From contig JBHGNT010000007.1 in NCBI GenBank assembly GCA_043228905.1, positions 434,001 through 498,000 of the forward strand: a stretch of DNA of 64,000 nucleotides. Direction: 5' to 3'. The stretch is from Azolla caroliniana (taxonomy: Eukaryota; Plantae; Polypodiophyta). The translations under genes were made by a program, and so were the position numbers. The notes beneath the pieces are model-generated. The model ran no database searches. It had not been told where the DNA came from and worked only from the letters and a program-made list of their open reading frames with translations. Positions 1 to 12,399 of the stretch are shown one piece after another; the stretch's first letter is position 1, and the number at the start of each line of letters is the position of its first letter.

Positions 1-229
1 TGGGTTCAATACATTGATGTGGGCATGAAGATGAGGAGAAAAATAAGTAACCATGTGACGAAAGACGCGTGAAAATAGAGATTCGAACCAACGACCTGGA
101 ATTAATAATATGTAATGGAGTGAATATAGCTTATGGCACAAAGGTAGGCCCAATTTAAAAAAGTGAAGAGGGGCAGGGAGAGCTATTAATGTAAATAACA
201 AAAAGTAGTGAAGGGGGGATCATATGCCA

Positions 230-278
230 AGAGAGAGAGAGAGAGAGAGAAAAGAGAGAGGGCTTATCAATAATAATA

Positions 279-327
<49 letters not shown>

Positions 328-445
328 CTTTATACTGTGTTTTTTTCCCTTTTCTTTTCCTTCTCTTTTGTTGTTCTGTTCTCTCCTTATCTTGTAACAA
401 TATATATGTGTGTGTAATTGTCACCACTCCTCCCTCCCTCCCCCC

Positions 446-479
<34 letters not shown>
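230..479. repeat. (AG)n, (CT)n and (CA)n microsatellite cluster upstream of the AT-hook gene
   Basis: GA runs at ~230-250 and ~281-325; CT/CA run at ~445-479. Confidence 0.9.
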
Positions 480-1064
480 ATTAGTTACTAATCTTTCTTT
501 TAATCCTCTCCATACAATGTGATCAATCCAACCATCCATCCTTCTCAATCAGGTCTTGTGATCAAATCCCATCAATCCATTTGTAAGTCCTCTCTTTCGC
601 TCTCTTTAATTGATTTCTCCTTCTCTTTTTTGTCTTCAATAATTTGCTTCATTTCAATTGCATACAGTAATAGATCTTCAAATGTGGAGCCTTTGAATTA
701 TTTTCCCCTTTGATGTTTTTCCATCTGTTATTTTCCCCTGTTTCTTTTTTTGTTTTTCAGTTATTTCCTTATGAAAATTTTCCCCCATCCCACGCCAATG
801 TTTAATAAATAGAGTAAAAATAAATCAAATAAAAACAGTTCAAACCGATTTCTATTTTGATTCATTATTTTAAACACACACAATTGTTATTATGTATACA
901 GAAACGTGTATTAAACTGATAATAACAATAATTAACAGATAATGTATCAGTTCCTTTATAATAGAAAAAGTATCATTAGGTAATCCGAAGTCTAGCTCAA
1001 TCCATTTTAATGAATTCAGAATAATTTTTTTATCATAGCAGATTTGGGAAATTCTAGCATTATT

Positions 1065-1225
1065 TCTCCACCTGAATATTTCAAGCTCTTCATTAAATCT
1101 CCATCTGTATATTTCATGTATTCTCCTTCTTTATATTTCATGCTTTTCACGAATTCTCCACATATATATTTCAGGCTCTTTGTTGATTCTCCATCTGTAT
1201 ATTTCAAGCTCTTCATGAATTCATC
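1065..1225. repeat. Imperfect ~33-bp tandem repeat (about 5 units)
   Basis: Recurring TCTCC(A/T)nnTnnATATTTCAnGCT unit; it explains the periodic ORFs 1016..1216(-) and 1044..1289(+). Confidence 0.8.
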
Positions 1226-1625
1226 ACACGCATTTCAAAGTCTTCTTTTCATTGATGATGCCATGGAAAAACAAATTGAGTGTAATTAATTAAGCAAAGA
1301 AATGAGAAGAAAGACATTAGAATGAAACAATGGGTTAGATATGTGATTTCAAGATAGGCTTTGGGGGATATTTTTGAGTATTAGTTTCAAGATAGTTTTA
1401 GGTCTATATCATTGGTGGACAATTTCCTAAATTATTGAAGATATATATATATATATATATATATCAAAGGTACACCACAATATGTATATATATATGATGT
1501 TTAATCATTGTTTATGTAATTAATTTCATTTATTACTTATTTGGCCAAAAGGGAAGAGAGAGGGATACTACACCATTGTTTGGAGGGTCAATACCAATCT
1601 TGAAAAGCAAAAAAGGCATTATATC

Positions 1626-2045
1626 ATGAAGGAAGAAAAAGATGAGGGTGAAGGTGAAGGTGAAGGTGCCATTGTAACTACCGACCCTCAAGAGGAAAAG
1701 AAGGACGATGATGCCTTCCCAACGATGATAAGGAAGAGAGGAAGGCCAAGGAAAGTGATCCAAGAGTCTCACCCCGTCCAACAACAACAACAACATATCG
1801 AGGAAACCAAAACTCCTCCTGCCTTGGAAATCGAAGGCAAAAGCAAAAAGCAAAAGGAATGCCGAATCAACCCGCTCCCTCCTCCTCCTGCCCCAGAAAG
1901 CAAAAGCAAAAAGGAAAAGCAGACCAACTCGACTCTACAAGAAGTCCTTCCTAACAAGTCGTCGTCGACATGTAAACAGACGCATGTTCTCCGAAGGGAA
2001 GGTAGTCGACGAAAAGGAGAACCGCGACGTGCCGCCGCAGACTAG
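1626..2045 (+). CDS. Small acidic/basic protein with one AT-hook motif (uncharacterised plant family ending GSRRKxxPRRAA)
   Basis: 139-aa ORF with RKRGRPRK AT-hook and C-terminal REGSRRKGEPRRAA. Upstream CT-rich 5'UTR-like region has a GTAAGT donor at ~583. The frame is open upstream of the ATG, so the start is not certain. Confidence 0.7.
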   Translation: MKEEKDEGEGEGEGAIVTTDPQEEKKDDDAFPTMIRKRGRPRKVIQESHPVQQQQQHIEETKTPPALEIEGKSKKQKECRINPLPPPPAPESKSKKEKQTNSTLQEVLPNKSSSTCKQTHVLRREGSRRKGEPRRAAAD

Positions 2046-2518
2046 ACATGGATGTGCTTTCTTTATTCACAACAAAAGAAACGATAGATATAATGCAATG
2101 AACAAAGGAGAAGCTACAGGAGGGGATTAATTAGAGTTTGGCTTTGGCTTTGATCATCTTTTGTCATGGTGGTGTTTTTGAATTACATGGAAGAGATTTA
2201 AACATTTGTTTGGATTAGGGGAAGGTAGCAAAATCACCCCCACATTAACTAGAACCGTGTGGAGTTGATCACCACAAATTTGTTAATTCTATTTAAGATC
2301 TAACTGTGTCTGTACCTCGAAACATAAAAAAACAAATTCGAATCATTTTGGGAACTTAACCCTTTTCTTGTCTTCAAATTGAGGTTGGTTGATCCGTTGT
2401 GCTCACATGTACTACGAGTGTTGCTTTAGAATCTTGAACTATTGTGGACAATATTGTTGTTTGTAGCTCCCTCATTGGAGAAAAGCTACTTGACATATTT
2501 TGTATTCCATTCCAATAA

Positions 2519-2798
2519 ACTTTTGCTCGAAATGAGTGTTTACGAAGCCCTTGAGAAATTTGCATGAAGAAACACTTGAAAAGTTGAATTTGAATGCAAC
2601 TAATAGCCGAGAAGGGTGAAAATTTGAAAACGTCTATGTGGTATAGTGTTTCAACACTACTTTTGCTCGAAATGAGTGTTTACGAAGCCCTTGAGAAATT
2701 TGCATGAAGAAACACTTGAAAAGTTGAATTTGAATGCAACTAATAGCCGAGAAGGGTGAAAATTTGAAAACGTCTATGTGGTATAGTGTTTCAACACT
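2519..2798. repeat. Perfect 140-bp tandem duplication
   Basis: 2519-2658 is repeated without visible mismatch at 2659-2798. Confidence 0.92.
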
Positions 2799-3757
2799 TG
2801 TTGCTTGTTTGCTATCTTGACTGTTTCCCCATATGAGTCAAGTGTTATCTAGATCTATTATAAGTAATTAGATGTGGATGATTGTTATTTAATATTGTCA
2901 TCTAAATTGATTAAGTATTTACTATTCCTTAGGAGCAATGGAAGAATTTTTTTTGCAGTTGAGGGTGACACACGACAAAAGGCGAAGAACTCTAGCATAT
3001 ATCATTATGCAAACAAAGCAAAAGATGATAAGATAATGCGAAAAAAAACTACCAAAGGGTAAATATAGGGCAAAAAGGTAAAAGTTTGACAAACCAAAGG
3101 CCTCAACCAATTTTCTTTTACCTTATGATATGGGTTAACCTAGACCCCTCCCTCGGTATTGAACCAAATCATAAGTTAAGACAAAAAAGATCACTATTCG
3201 ATAAAGCTCACTAAATAAATTGTCACCCTAGACACATGTTATGATTGCAGATATGCTCCCTTTGGATTCAGTAAATGTCACAATCAAAATTATAGTTTTT
3301 CCTTCAAATATGTGTACCAAAGAGTGGTAATAGAAGTCTTAGGCATTTCCTTTCCTAAGCCTAACAAGGATGTACCTAAATCTTCAACACTTTTTGAAAT
3401 GTTAATGTACTTCAAGTGTATTTTATGTGCTTTATTTTCCTCCCAAACTAGATATTTGGTAAAAAACCACACTTGTATTCAATATTTTTTAAAGGTTATT
3501 ACCATATTACCTTTTTTTACGTTGTTATGTAGAATCTAGATGTGCACGAACAAAGTTTCAGTTCACAACTCCAATCTATGGAATGGAATTTGAATATAGA
3601 TTATATACGCGTAAAAGAATACCCATTAACTACATAGAAAATATCGTCTAACAAACACTACCTTTATGTTTTTTGTTTTCCAAAGAATTTATGTAATCAT
3701 TAATGAGACTAGACATTTATATGCTTATTACTCGTAGATAATTTAGACACCAAAATC

Positions 3758-4145
3758 TAGGAATCGACAACGGTTCGATTTAGGCTTAACTGGTTTGGCT
3801 TATCGATAAGCCAAACCGGTTAAGCCTAAACCGTTTTGGGGTTCTCAAACCAAACCAAACCGATCCCTAAAATGGTTTGGGAACCAACTTGGGAACCAGT
3901 TCATTATTTTTCTTCCCGTCAACCTCTAGCAACATCATCATCAACACCACTACCACCATCACCACCTTAGATACAAATATTTGATAGCTATGGAGACATG
4001 CATGCCAATTTCCCTACTTCTACAAGACACCTTGCTTGCTAGCACATGGACATGGCTTTCTTTATTCGGCCTTGTCTGTATGAATCTCTCTCTCTTCCTC
4101 CCTACTCTCGTCCTCCCACAAATTAATCTATTATGTAGTATACAT

Positions 4146-4186
<41 letters not shown>

Positions 4187-4479
4187 TGTGTAGTATCCCT
4201 CCCTCATGTCTCTGTAGTCTCTGATTCATCAGTGGTTGCCTTTGGCTATGGCTTCCTCTCGGTGAGTTAGTCTCTCTCTCTTTCAAGTTTCTAACTAATT
4301 TCTAACTTTGAAGTTTTCCTCTAACCTAACTAATAAACCACATAAACGGCTTAACTTGTTTGAGCTGGTTTAGCAAGGCTCAAGCCAAGCCGAACCGAGC
4401 TCAAATTGTTTAGCCAAGCTCAAGCCTAAGCCGAGTTGAGTCGCTAAGTTGGCTTGAGGCGAACCATTTCCGATCCCTA
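3758..4479. mobile_element. Non-autonomous hAT-type DNA transposon
   Basis: TIRs TAGGAATCGACAACGGTTCG (left) and TAGGGATCGGAAATGGTTCG (right, reverse complement), resembling Ac-like TAGGGAT ends. Many AAACCG/AAGCC subterminal motifs at both ends. Degenerate 8-bp TSD CCAAAATC / CCAACATT. No transposase. Confidence 0.78.
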
Positions 4480-4495
4480 CCAACATTCACAAAAG

Positions 4496-5028
4496 TGATT
4501 CATAAGATAGGATTCAACACCCCCAAGCCGCGAAAAAAGCTTAGGCTATTGCTTGGAAACGCTTGGCTCAAAACCCAAACGTCTGTTGGACATGGACATA
4601 TCTTTTTGTTGAATGTTGTTCAACTCTTGTTGGAGTTGAAGCTTGCGGGCGGTCGTGTTGGCGGCGAAGATTTTCTTCAAATTCTCCCATGCTTCTTTAT
4701 GTTGTTGGGTTGGGGGGTGAAGCCTAGAATGGCTTCACCCCCCTCCCAAGGGGTTATGATAGTGAGAGAGCTAGAGAGAAAGACAAATTGAAAATGACAC
4801 AAAATGAGAGGGAAAAAATGTATATTCCATTACATGCCCCATTAGGGGTTTATATAGTACATAGTGTAACCGTTACAAAAAGAAGACCGTTACATTCTTG
4901 TCACATGCACATAATTGTGCATGTGCTCTCACATACTCATCCTCACATACTCATTTACTTTACACATACACATCAACCACATCATTACACATACCCTTAT
5001 GCCTCCCCGTATATTCTTACGGGTAACA
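4496..5028 (-). mobile_element. Probable LTR remnant
   Basis: Minus strand begins TGTTAC, has a GT-rich U3-like part resembling the solo LTR at 38124 and CTATATAAACCCC followed by a CT-rich tract. No TSD found; left boundary uncertain. Confidence 0.4.
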
Positions 5029-6045
5029 CTTTACGAGAATCACTATAGTAGAGATATATATGGAAGAACAGATTACAACACACTCTGTGTAGAGTGTATC
5101 AACCGCACAAGGCTCTTGATGTCTAGTATCTCACAACTATGGTGCCACTCATGCTCTGTTACTCTCCCACTTCTACACATGCCTACACGAGTTCTAACTT
5201 GCATCATCATCATAATGTTTGCCCTAGGTGTATTTATACTCATACACAATATGAGTTATTTACAAATATAGTTGTTATTATTAGATAATAATAATAGTCA
5301 TTAATCAGTCGACTGATCGATTCGACTATACGACCGACACACAAAGCGACTGTCCAATTGGCCCAACTAGCCAACCCTCATGTCGACTATTTAGTCGGCT
5401 TGAATTGTCGGCTCTGTCTTCACTTGGGGCATCCATCAATGTGGTCTACTATCATAGTCGGCTCTCTATCTCCTCCAAGAACCAGTTGACAATCTTGTCG
5501 ACTTGCTGCGACTGTCAACTCCCTCCTTGTCTTCGATTGTTGACTCCTTCCATAGGAGGGACAGATTCGTAACAGGGGTTTGTATGTATCCCTTGACGAG
5601 TCTACGCTTAATTTAGTTGATCATGCCGTCTACATTGTGCTTGATCTTGAACACCCACCAATAACTAATAAGGTTTTCTCAAGTTTAGAGGCTAGGGCTA
5701 TATCCAAAGTATTGTTGTCAACCAATGCTCCCATCTCCTCCTTCATTGACTCAATCCACTAGGGATCTTGGGCAGCTTCCATGCAAGTCTTAGATTCTTC
5801 ATTTGCCACAACCTTCATCATGTACGAGAACCTTGATTGGTATAGTTTTTCATTGGCCACCTTTAGGTCCTTCTTTATTCAAAGGTGCAACCCATACTCG
5901 ATGTTGATAATTGGGGTGTGTCGCTGACATGACGACAAGATTTGAACTCTTGACCTCTTGTATATAGACAAGTGTTGTGTTCTAACCAACACATCCAAAT
6001 ATATGGTCATGTTATGCATATCTTAGTAGATTATCTATTTCAAGT

Positions 6046-6504
6046 TGTTAACCGGCCGGCAAGGAAAGTCCAGAATGGAAGAAGGGGATAATTAATAATT
6101 GGGAGCTGATTATATATAATATAGAATTATTATGATTTTGAGAAGTGAACGGACGGACCCAGAATCGGTATGCCGATCCGGATCCGGACCGGTTCGTAGC
6201 CGGTAGCCGGTTGGCACCGGTTTGTACCTAGAGCCAGAGACCTATAAAAGGGCCCGGTTAGATTGTAATCATTAGCGGATAATTAATAGAGTGTTGTTGT
6301 TCTGGATCTTATTCATTTTTAATTACCATTTTGTGCTAAAGTGTAATTCATCTTACGTGTGTATTGTGATTAATGATCTTGCAAATTAGTAACTAATTAG
6401 GGTTCATTAAGATTCGGTCTAAGTTTATCTCACCGCAACACCCCTTTGGTGAAGTGTCTCAAGGGACACCCTGTGTTAGGCCATGTCCGGCCCTAGCGAT
6501 AACA
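6046..6504 (+). mobile_element. Solo LTR nested in the 5' LTR of the element above
   Basis: TGTTA...TAACA termini, perfect TSD CAAGT (6041-6045, 6505-6509), CTATAAAA box at ~6242; the host LTR resumes after it. Confidence 0.9.
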
Positions 6505-6825
6505 CAAGTTTTAGGAGTTTTTAGAAAGTTCTAGAACTAGAAGGTTCTAGAGGGTTCTAGATTATTCTCTCGAATATTCTAACGTATGTACTTCGACTCA
6601 CAATATAAATACTTGTAACCTCCTTGGTCCCTTTTGAAGGGATTCAAACTGTCACATACACACCAAGCACGGACTAGGACGGAGCACAGATGACGGGGCT
6701 ACGAGCGACAAATGAACTTGGAGCTAGATGTGACAAGGCTAGGAACTCTAGATGTTGTGAGTGACATGAGGGCATGAAGACAGAAATAAAGATCAAGGAG
6801 ACAAACATGAGGCGAAACGAGAATA

Positions 6826-7120
6826 CATGGTCGCTCATGCCCGTTGGTGTTCATGTCTCTGGTGAGGACCGCACATGGTCGCTCACGTCCGTTGGTGTTC
6901 ATGTCTTCGGTGAGGACTGCACATGGTCACTCACATTGGTGTTCAGTCTCTGGTGAGGACCGCACATGGTCGCTCATGCTCACGTTGGTGTTCCAGTCTC
7001 CGGTGAGGACCGAACATGGTTGCTCACGCTCACGTTGGTTTCTAGTCTTCGGTGAGGACCACACATGGTTGCCCGCGTTCCCCTGTGCTCCTATTTCTGG
7101 TGAGGACCGCTCGTGGTCAC
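6826..7120. repeat. ~48-bp tandem repeat, about 6 units
   Basis: Unit CATGGTCGCTCA...GTTGGTGTTC...GGTGAGGACCGCA repeated head to tail. Confidence 0.9.
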
Positions 7121-8729
7121 TCAACCTCAACGTACTTTGGTTTTCTCTTTCAGCTCATCCCTACACCACACTTTCGAAAAGGTGGTCGTAAAGGGGAGGA
7201 TAATGTCACAGACATGACGACAATATTTGAACTCTTGACCTCTTGTATATAGAAAAGTGTTATGTTCTAACCAACACATCCAAATATATGGTCATATTAT
7301 GTATATCTTAGTAGATTATTAGTAGATTATCTATTTCAAGTTCTAGGAGTTTTTAGAAAGTTCTAGAACTAGAAGGTTCTAGAGGGTTCTAGAATATTCT
7401 CTCGAATATTCAAATGTATGTACTTTGACTCACAGTATAAATACTTGTAACCTCCTTGGTCCCTTTTCAAGGGATTCAACACCAGTCATTGACACATCAA
7501 TCTAATATTCTCGTTTCACCTCATCTTTGTCTCCTTGATCTTTACTTCTGTCTTCATGCCCTCATGTCACTCACAACATCTAGAGTTCCTAGCCTTGTCA
7601 CATCCAGCTCCAAGTTCATCTGTCGTTCGTAGCCCCATCATCTGTGCTCCGTCCTAGTCCGTGCTTGGTGTGTCTATGATAGGGTGACCGATTCGAGTTA
7701 TCACTTGAGGTTGTACTTCTGGGCTTGTGCTTAGGCATATCGCCTTTTCTTCTTATTGTATGAGTGTATTGTTGAGGTGACACATTGTTAGAGGTTCTTT
7801 CATGATAAGTAATAACTTGATTACTCAAAGATACTTGAGGTCCAATCAAATTGGGGTGAGCATGCCTTCTCTATTGGGTTTCCACCCATAATGGCCATTG
7901 GCCTTGAGATCTACATCAAATCCCCTTGTCTTAGGGATATAGCATGGGTTAATACTAGTGTCGGGGCATGCCACACTACCGCTTAGTAAAATACCATATC
8001 TTGGCTTATTCACAAGTTCGAAGTGGTGAAGTTTAAATACTTATCTCCCTTTTTCTCCTCTTCTAATTGGGTACATGTACTCATGCAACATTGTCAAAAA
8101 CCTTCATGTGCAAAAGGTCTGAATTTCTCCCAAAATGAGGAGTCATGACGTGGATGCCTCTGATGTGGATTTATTGATGAGATATATGACCATGACTACT
8201 ACCTCTCCTTAGTAGATGTTTGGCATGTTCTTCTCTTGCACCATACCATGTGCCATCTCAACGATTGTGTGTTTCTACTGCTTGACAACACCATGTTGAT
8301 GTAATGTGTATTGGTAAGAGAACTCACAGTGAATCCCCTTTTCTTCTAGATAGGCATCAAATCTTGCAATTTGTCTTGTTTGCACAATGTGTCCTTTTAA
8401 CTTGAGAAAGTGAGGGAAGACCTCACTTCTTGTCATCATTAGGCATATCCAAGCATGCTACAAATAATCTTTGAGAAAGGTAACAAAGTACCTACACTTG
8501 CAACATGTCTTGTTCCAATTTGACCCCCAAATGTTTGAGTGGATTGCATCCAACAAACCTTAATCCTCTTGCTCGGGAATGGATGCATGTGTTGTTTCCT
8601 TAGCTAGCATGCCATGGTTGTAGTTGTGAAAAACTACTTCCAATTTTCCCATGCTCCCTTTGGGGCTTCTGTTATGTGCATAACGAAAATTAAGCATGAG
8701 ATATGTTTTTGGTACGTTTCCAATTCTTA

Positions 8730-8982
8730 TGATAAGTACATATGTGTTAATTTTAAAAAGAACGAAGGTGAATTGAATAACAATTCTATGTTGTGTGATA
8801 AATTTTTAGTGTGTTCATACTTGACTACTTTATATGTGTGATAACTATTAAATGTGTTATCACTTGACCACTTCATATAAAGTAGTCAAGTATGAACACA
8901 CTAAAAAATTATCACACAACATTGAATTGTTATTCAATTCATACCTTCGTTCTTTTTAAAATTAACACATATGTACTTATCA
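8730..8982. mobile_element. Foldback / MITE-like long inverted repeat
   Basis: ~105-bp arms (TGATAAGTACATATGTGTTAATTTTAAAAAGAACGAAGG... and its reverse complement) around a ~40-bp loop; no clean TSD. Confidence 0.8.
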
Positions 8983-11749
8983 CTTGACGATGGCCTAGGG
9001 TTTCTACCTATATAAGATGGCTATCTACCTTGTTATTAGGGGAGATTTGACTTATGTTGAGACAACGTGTGTGAGTATGGTTCTTGTCAGCAAAGCATAT
9101 ACGATTCTTGTGGAATTCAAGGTAAGACTCACATTAACCCTCAATGGTATGGAACTTCACAAAGGTTGGGGTTTGTCTCATGTTGTGGCTAGGGGGTGGT
9201 TTGGCACACCTCTTTCCTTTCTTTGTCCATAATTCCTCATGTTTTGCTTAAATAATTAGTTAGACTCTAATAGCTTAAGTGTCTTAGATATAGCTTAACA
9301 TGTGATATTGGACACTTGTTGCCAAGAACATTACCCCTTTGGTGTGTTGCTGCCATGTTGAGTAGTTAGGGTTTATGAGATAATGGGATACTTCGTGAGC
9401 ACCCTCGATATAACTCTAACAATAATGCATGACTAGGTACTATTGTATCTTGTACTCCCAAGATGTATATTTGTGCATGTCCAACTTCTCCATTGGAAGT
9501 ACGCTACCCAAATGTGCATTCATCTTGCTAATTTAGCTCCTCTCCTCAACATACACCCATTGTCATGCAATAATAACTCTACAACAACAATAGCCAATGT
9601 GAAACAACATCTCCAATTACTCACACAACTTCAATGGTAGACTTTGATGAAGAATTCAACCTTGCACTTTGATACCATGTAAAAGAATGTTGATGCTTAT
9701 AAAGTCGGGGTGTGCAAAGGTGTTGTGCGTGTGAGAGAATGGGTGTGCAAGCAAGAGAAGGACTTAAAGAAAACAATAAGAAATGAAATGTACACGAGGG
9801 AAATGAGAGCTTATGCATAAACTAAAACAAAAAAATCAATGATTCTCAACACATCGAATGTGGAAAACTCTTTTTTTGTCATCAATGCCAACCCCAAGGT
9901 TAGGGTACATATTCACCGTTTTCCTAATACATTCTCAACCATAGAAGCCATGCCCTTTCTATACATTTGATTGAGTACATCCAAGAATCAACGTCGATAG
10001 GTTATGGCACTACTCCCCTCATCCAAACTCAAAGATTTAGTTCAAGAGTTTGAAACGATTTCAAATTTTGAAATTTAAACTGAAATAATTTGTTCAAGAG
10101 ATCTAAAACCATTAACTTGTGGTTTCAAGGTTCATATCTGGCTCAAACCAAGTTATTAATGATTATACACTTAAAAAGGGTTATTTCTTTAAAACTTAAA
10201 ATAAACTAGAACTTAAAGAAGTGTCAACATTCAAAGTTAAAACTTCGTAATACACATTACATAATCTATAAAGTTAATCCGCATATTAAATAAACATTCT
10301 GAAAATTTCCCTCAAACAATTGAATTGTTAATTCACGATTTGAAGTTGGAACATTAAACTACAATAGTTGAGTTGAGTAAAGCTCAAATAGAATCCTTGA
10401 ACTCTGAAGCCAAACTAAAGTATTATCAATTCCTACATGTCTAGACGTGGAACTTTCAACACATTGAAAATTTGAATTATGGCTGAATGAACCCAAAGAT
10501 CATGGCGACACTTTATTGAACTCCCAATTCCATAATGATCTACAATCATAGTTTAATGGTCTTAGCTAAGATAGAATATTTGTACATGTGTGAGGTTTCT
10601 AATGTTTGTTAACAAAGTTATGCTAAGAAAGCTAATGTATATATCGGGCATAAAAATCTAAAACATGAAGCACTTTGTAAATTTGATTGGTAGCAAGTAC
10701 AAATAAGACATTGTTTGTTTGCAAACAATGGTTACTCTTATAAATAAAATTTCAAATAACTAGATCGTGAAAGACACAAATGTACCATGGAAGAAGTCAT
10801 ATGGACTAAAAATTAACAAAAATTGATGTATTCCCCACAAGGAGTGTGTTGCCTCTTGGTGTCTCACACTGAGTGCACATCTATGTTCCACAATTGTTGG
10901 TCAAGGAGTCCAAGATGTCGTGTATTCTAATGGTGGCACACCGAGCAAGAGCAATTGTCAATCGCTCTTGAGCTGCTAACCTCATAACACTAATTTTCTA
11001 AAATTCCACCTACCTCTCTCACAGAGACAACCTTAATGAGAAGTGAACTAAAACCTATCAGAGGCTTAATCATTAACTATATGAAGACATGTACAAAAAT
11101 ACCCATATTAATGAACCATTAACTTATCACAACACATACAATAGAGAGAGTGGTTAATGTTTGGTTTGAAAGCTCTTAACACTAATCACTCATTAATATG
11201 ATGAAGGTAGGTAGTTAGATAGATAGATATCTTTTTAATGTTTTGTCTTGCCTTCATTGTAGTACTCACCGATGCTAATATCTTCATGGGTTGTGCTACA
11301 TATGATAGGTACTTAATAAGGGGCTTACATAGCTCTTAACTTCAATTGTTGTTTCCCATCTCCAAGCATTGTTGTTGCGCCTCGAGGGTTTGCTTAACCA
11401 TGAGATTCGAGACATCAACCCCGAGTGGAAAGGACTACTTCATACTTCAAGACTTAAATCACTTACCTCTCAACTCCATGCAACTAAGGACAATATAAGC
11501 TAATCACCACACTATTTAAGAAATGTATATATTTGTCAATTAATTTCATTAGTCAATGAGAAGCATGGTAATCCCCATCAACTAATCAATAAACATAGAA
11601 AAGTGATGTATGGAGGAGTCAAGGGAAGGAGAGAAAGCATTAGAAGGTAGACTTTAGGCAATGAGACTCTTACCCTTCTATATAAGTTGGAAACTTTTAC
11701 AATTCACTTCCACCTTAATGGGCATTGACAACTATTGCCTAATGATTAC

Positions 11750-11921
11750 TTGTACAAAAGGGTTAGTTCTTGCACTTAATACAATGTTGCTTATTTACGT
11801 TAGAGGCCAGGTGCAATATCTTAAATGAAAAATATCAAGCTTGTACAAAAGGGTTAGTTCTTGCACATAAAACAATGTTGCCTGTTTACGTTTGAGACCA
11901 CATGTAATATCTTAAATGAAA
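11750..11921. repeat. Diverged ~90-bp tandem duplication
   Basis: CTTGTACAAAAGGGTTAGTTCTTGCAC...AATATCTTAAATGAAA occurs twice. Confidence 0.8.
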
Positions 11922-12399
11922 CTTTTGAAGGCATTTGTATTGAAAAATATGACAATATTTTCTGAACGAAGAGTGGTATGGTTGCAAGATTCACATATCT
12001 TGTATCTTTCCAAGTTAATATTGATCATACATCTAAAAATTATTGAGAGACCAAGCACTCAATACATTTGTAACTACAGTTTTAATGACTTGGGCTATAG
12101 AGTTCAAAGACTCCACCATAGACCCAAGGACATGGTACCTACAACATTTCAATTCAACATGAAAGACTCCATATTAGCGTGCAAAAATAAATTACCATAC
12201 ATATATCTCTCTGGGGTACCAGTATCAATATATTACTACACAGTTGAAACACTGGAACTGTGTTCTCTCCACCACCAGAGTAATACTGACGTAATTGGAA
12301 AACAATGGATCTGAGGTAAAAGAGCATATGAAAATGTGGTACGTTTTGCTTTTAATTTTCAATATACCCATTTTAGGCTATTGTCATGAAAGACTGCAA

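Larger units (their letters stand above)
5919..7681 (+). mobile_element. Non-coding two-LTR element (deleted gypsy derivative, TRIM/LARD-like) with rearranged 5' LTR
   Basis: TSD GGGTG at 5914-5918 and 7682-7686. 5' LTR starts at 5919 and matches the 3' LTR 7204-7681. PPT AAGGGGAGGATAA precedes 7204. Internal region is only tandem repeats. Confidence 0.85.
5560..8640 (-). mobile_element. Highly decayed Ty1/copia pol relic, interrupted by the element at 5919-7681
   Basis: Minus-strand translation gives RT-start MEAAQDP*WIESMKEEMGALVDNNT (~5700-5800) and integrase YLEEKGIHCEF...HGVVKQ*KHTIVEMAHGMVQEKNMP (~8200-8360), with stops. Confidence 0.7.

Noticed and set aside
78-98. tRNA-like T-arm/B-box (AGGTCGTTGGTTCGAATCTC on the minus strand)
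   Set aside because: No A-box, acceptor stem or cloverleaf visible; at most a SINE or tRNA remnant.
1016-1289. Periodic ORFs on both strands
   Set aside because: Explained by a 33-bp repeat keeping frames open; no domain evidence.
6826-7120. CRISPR-like repeat array
   Set aside because: Units are contiguous and the between-motif sequences are similar to each other; eukaryotic context, no cas genes.
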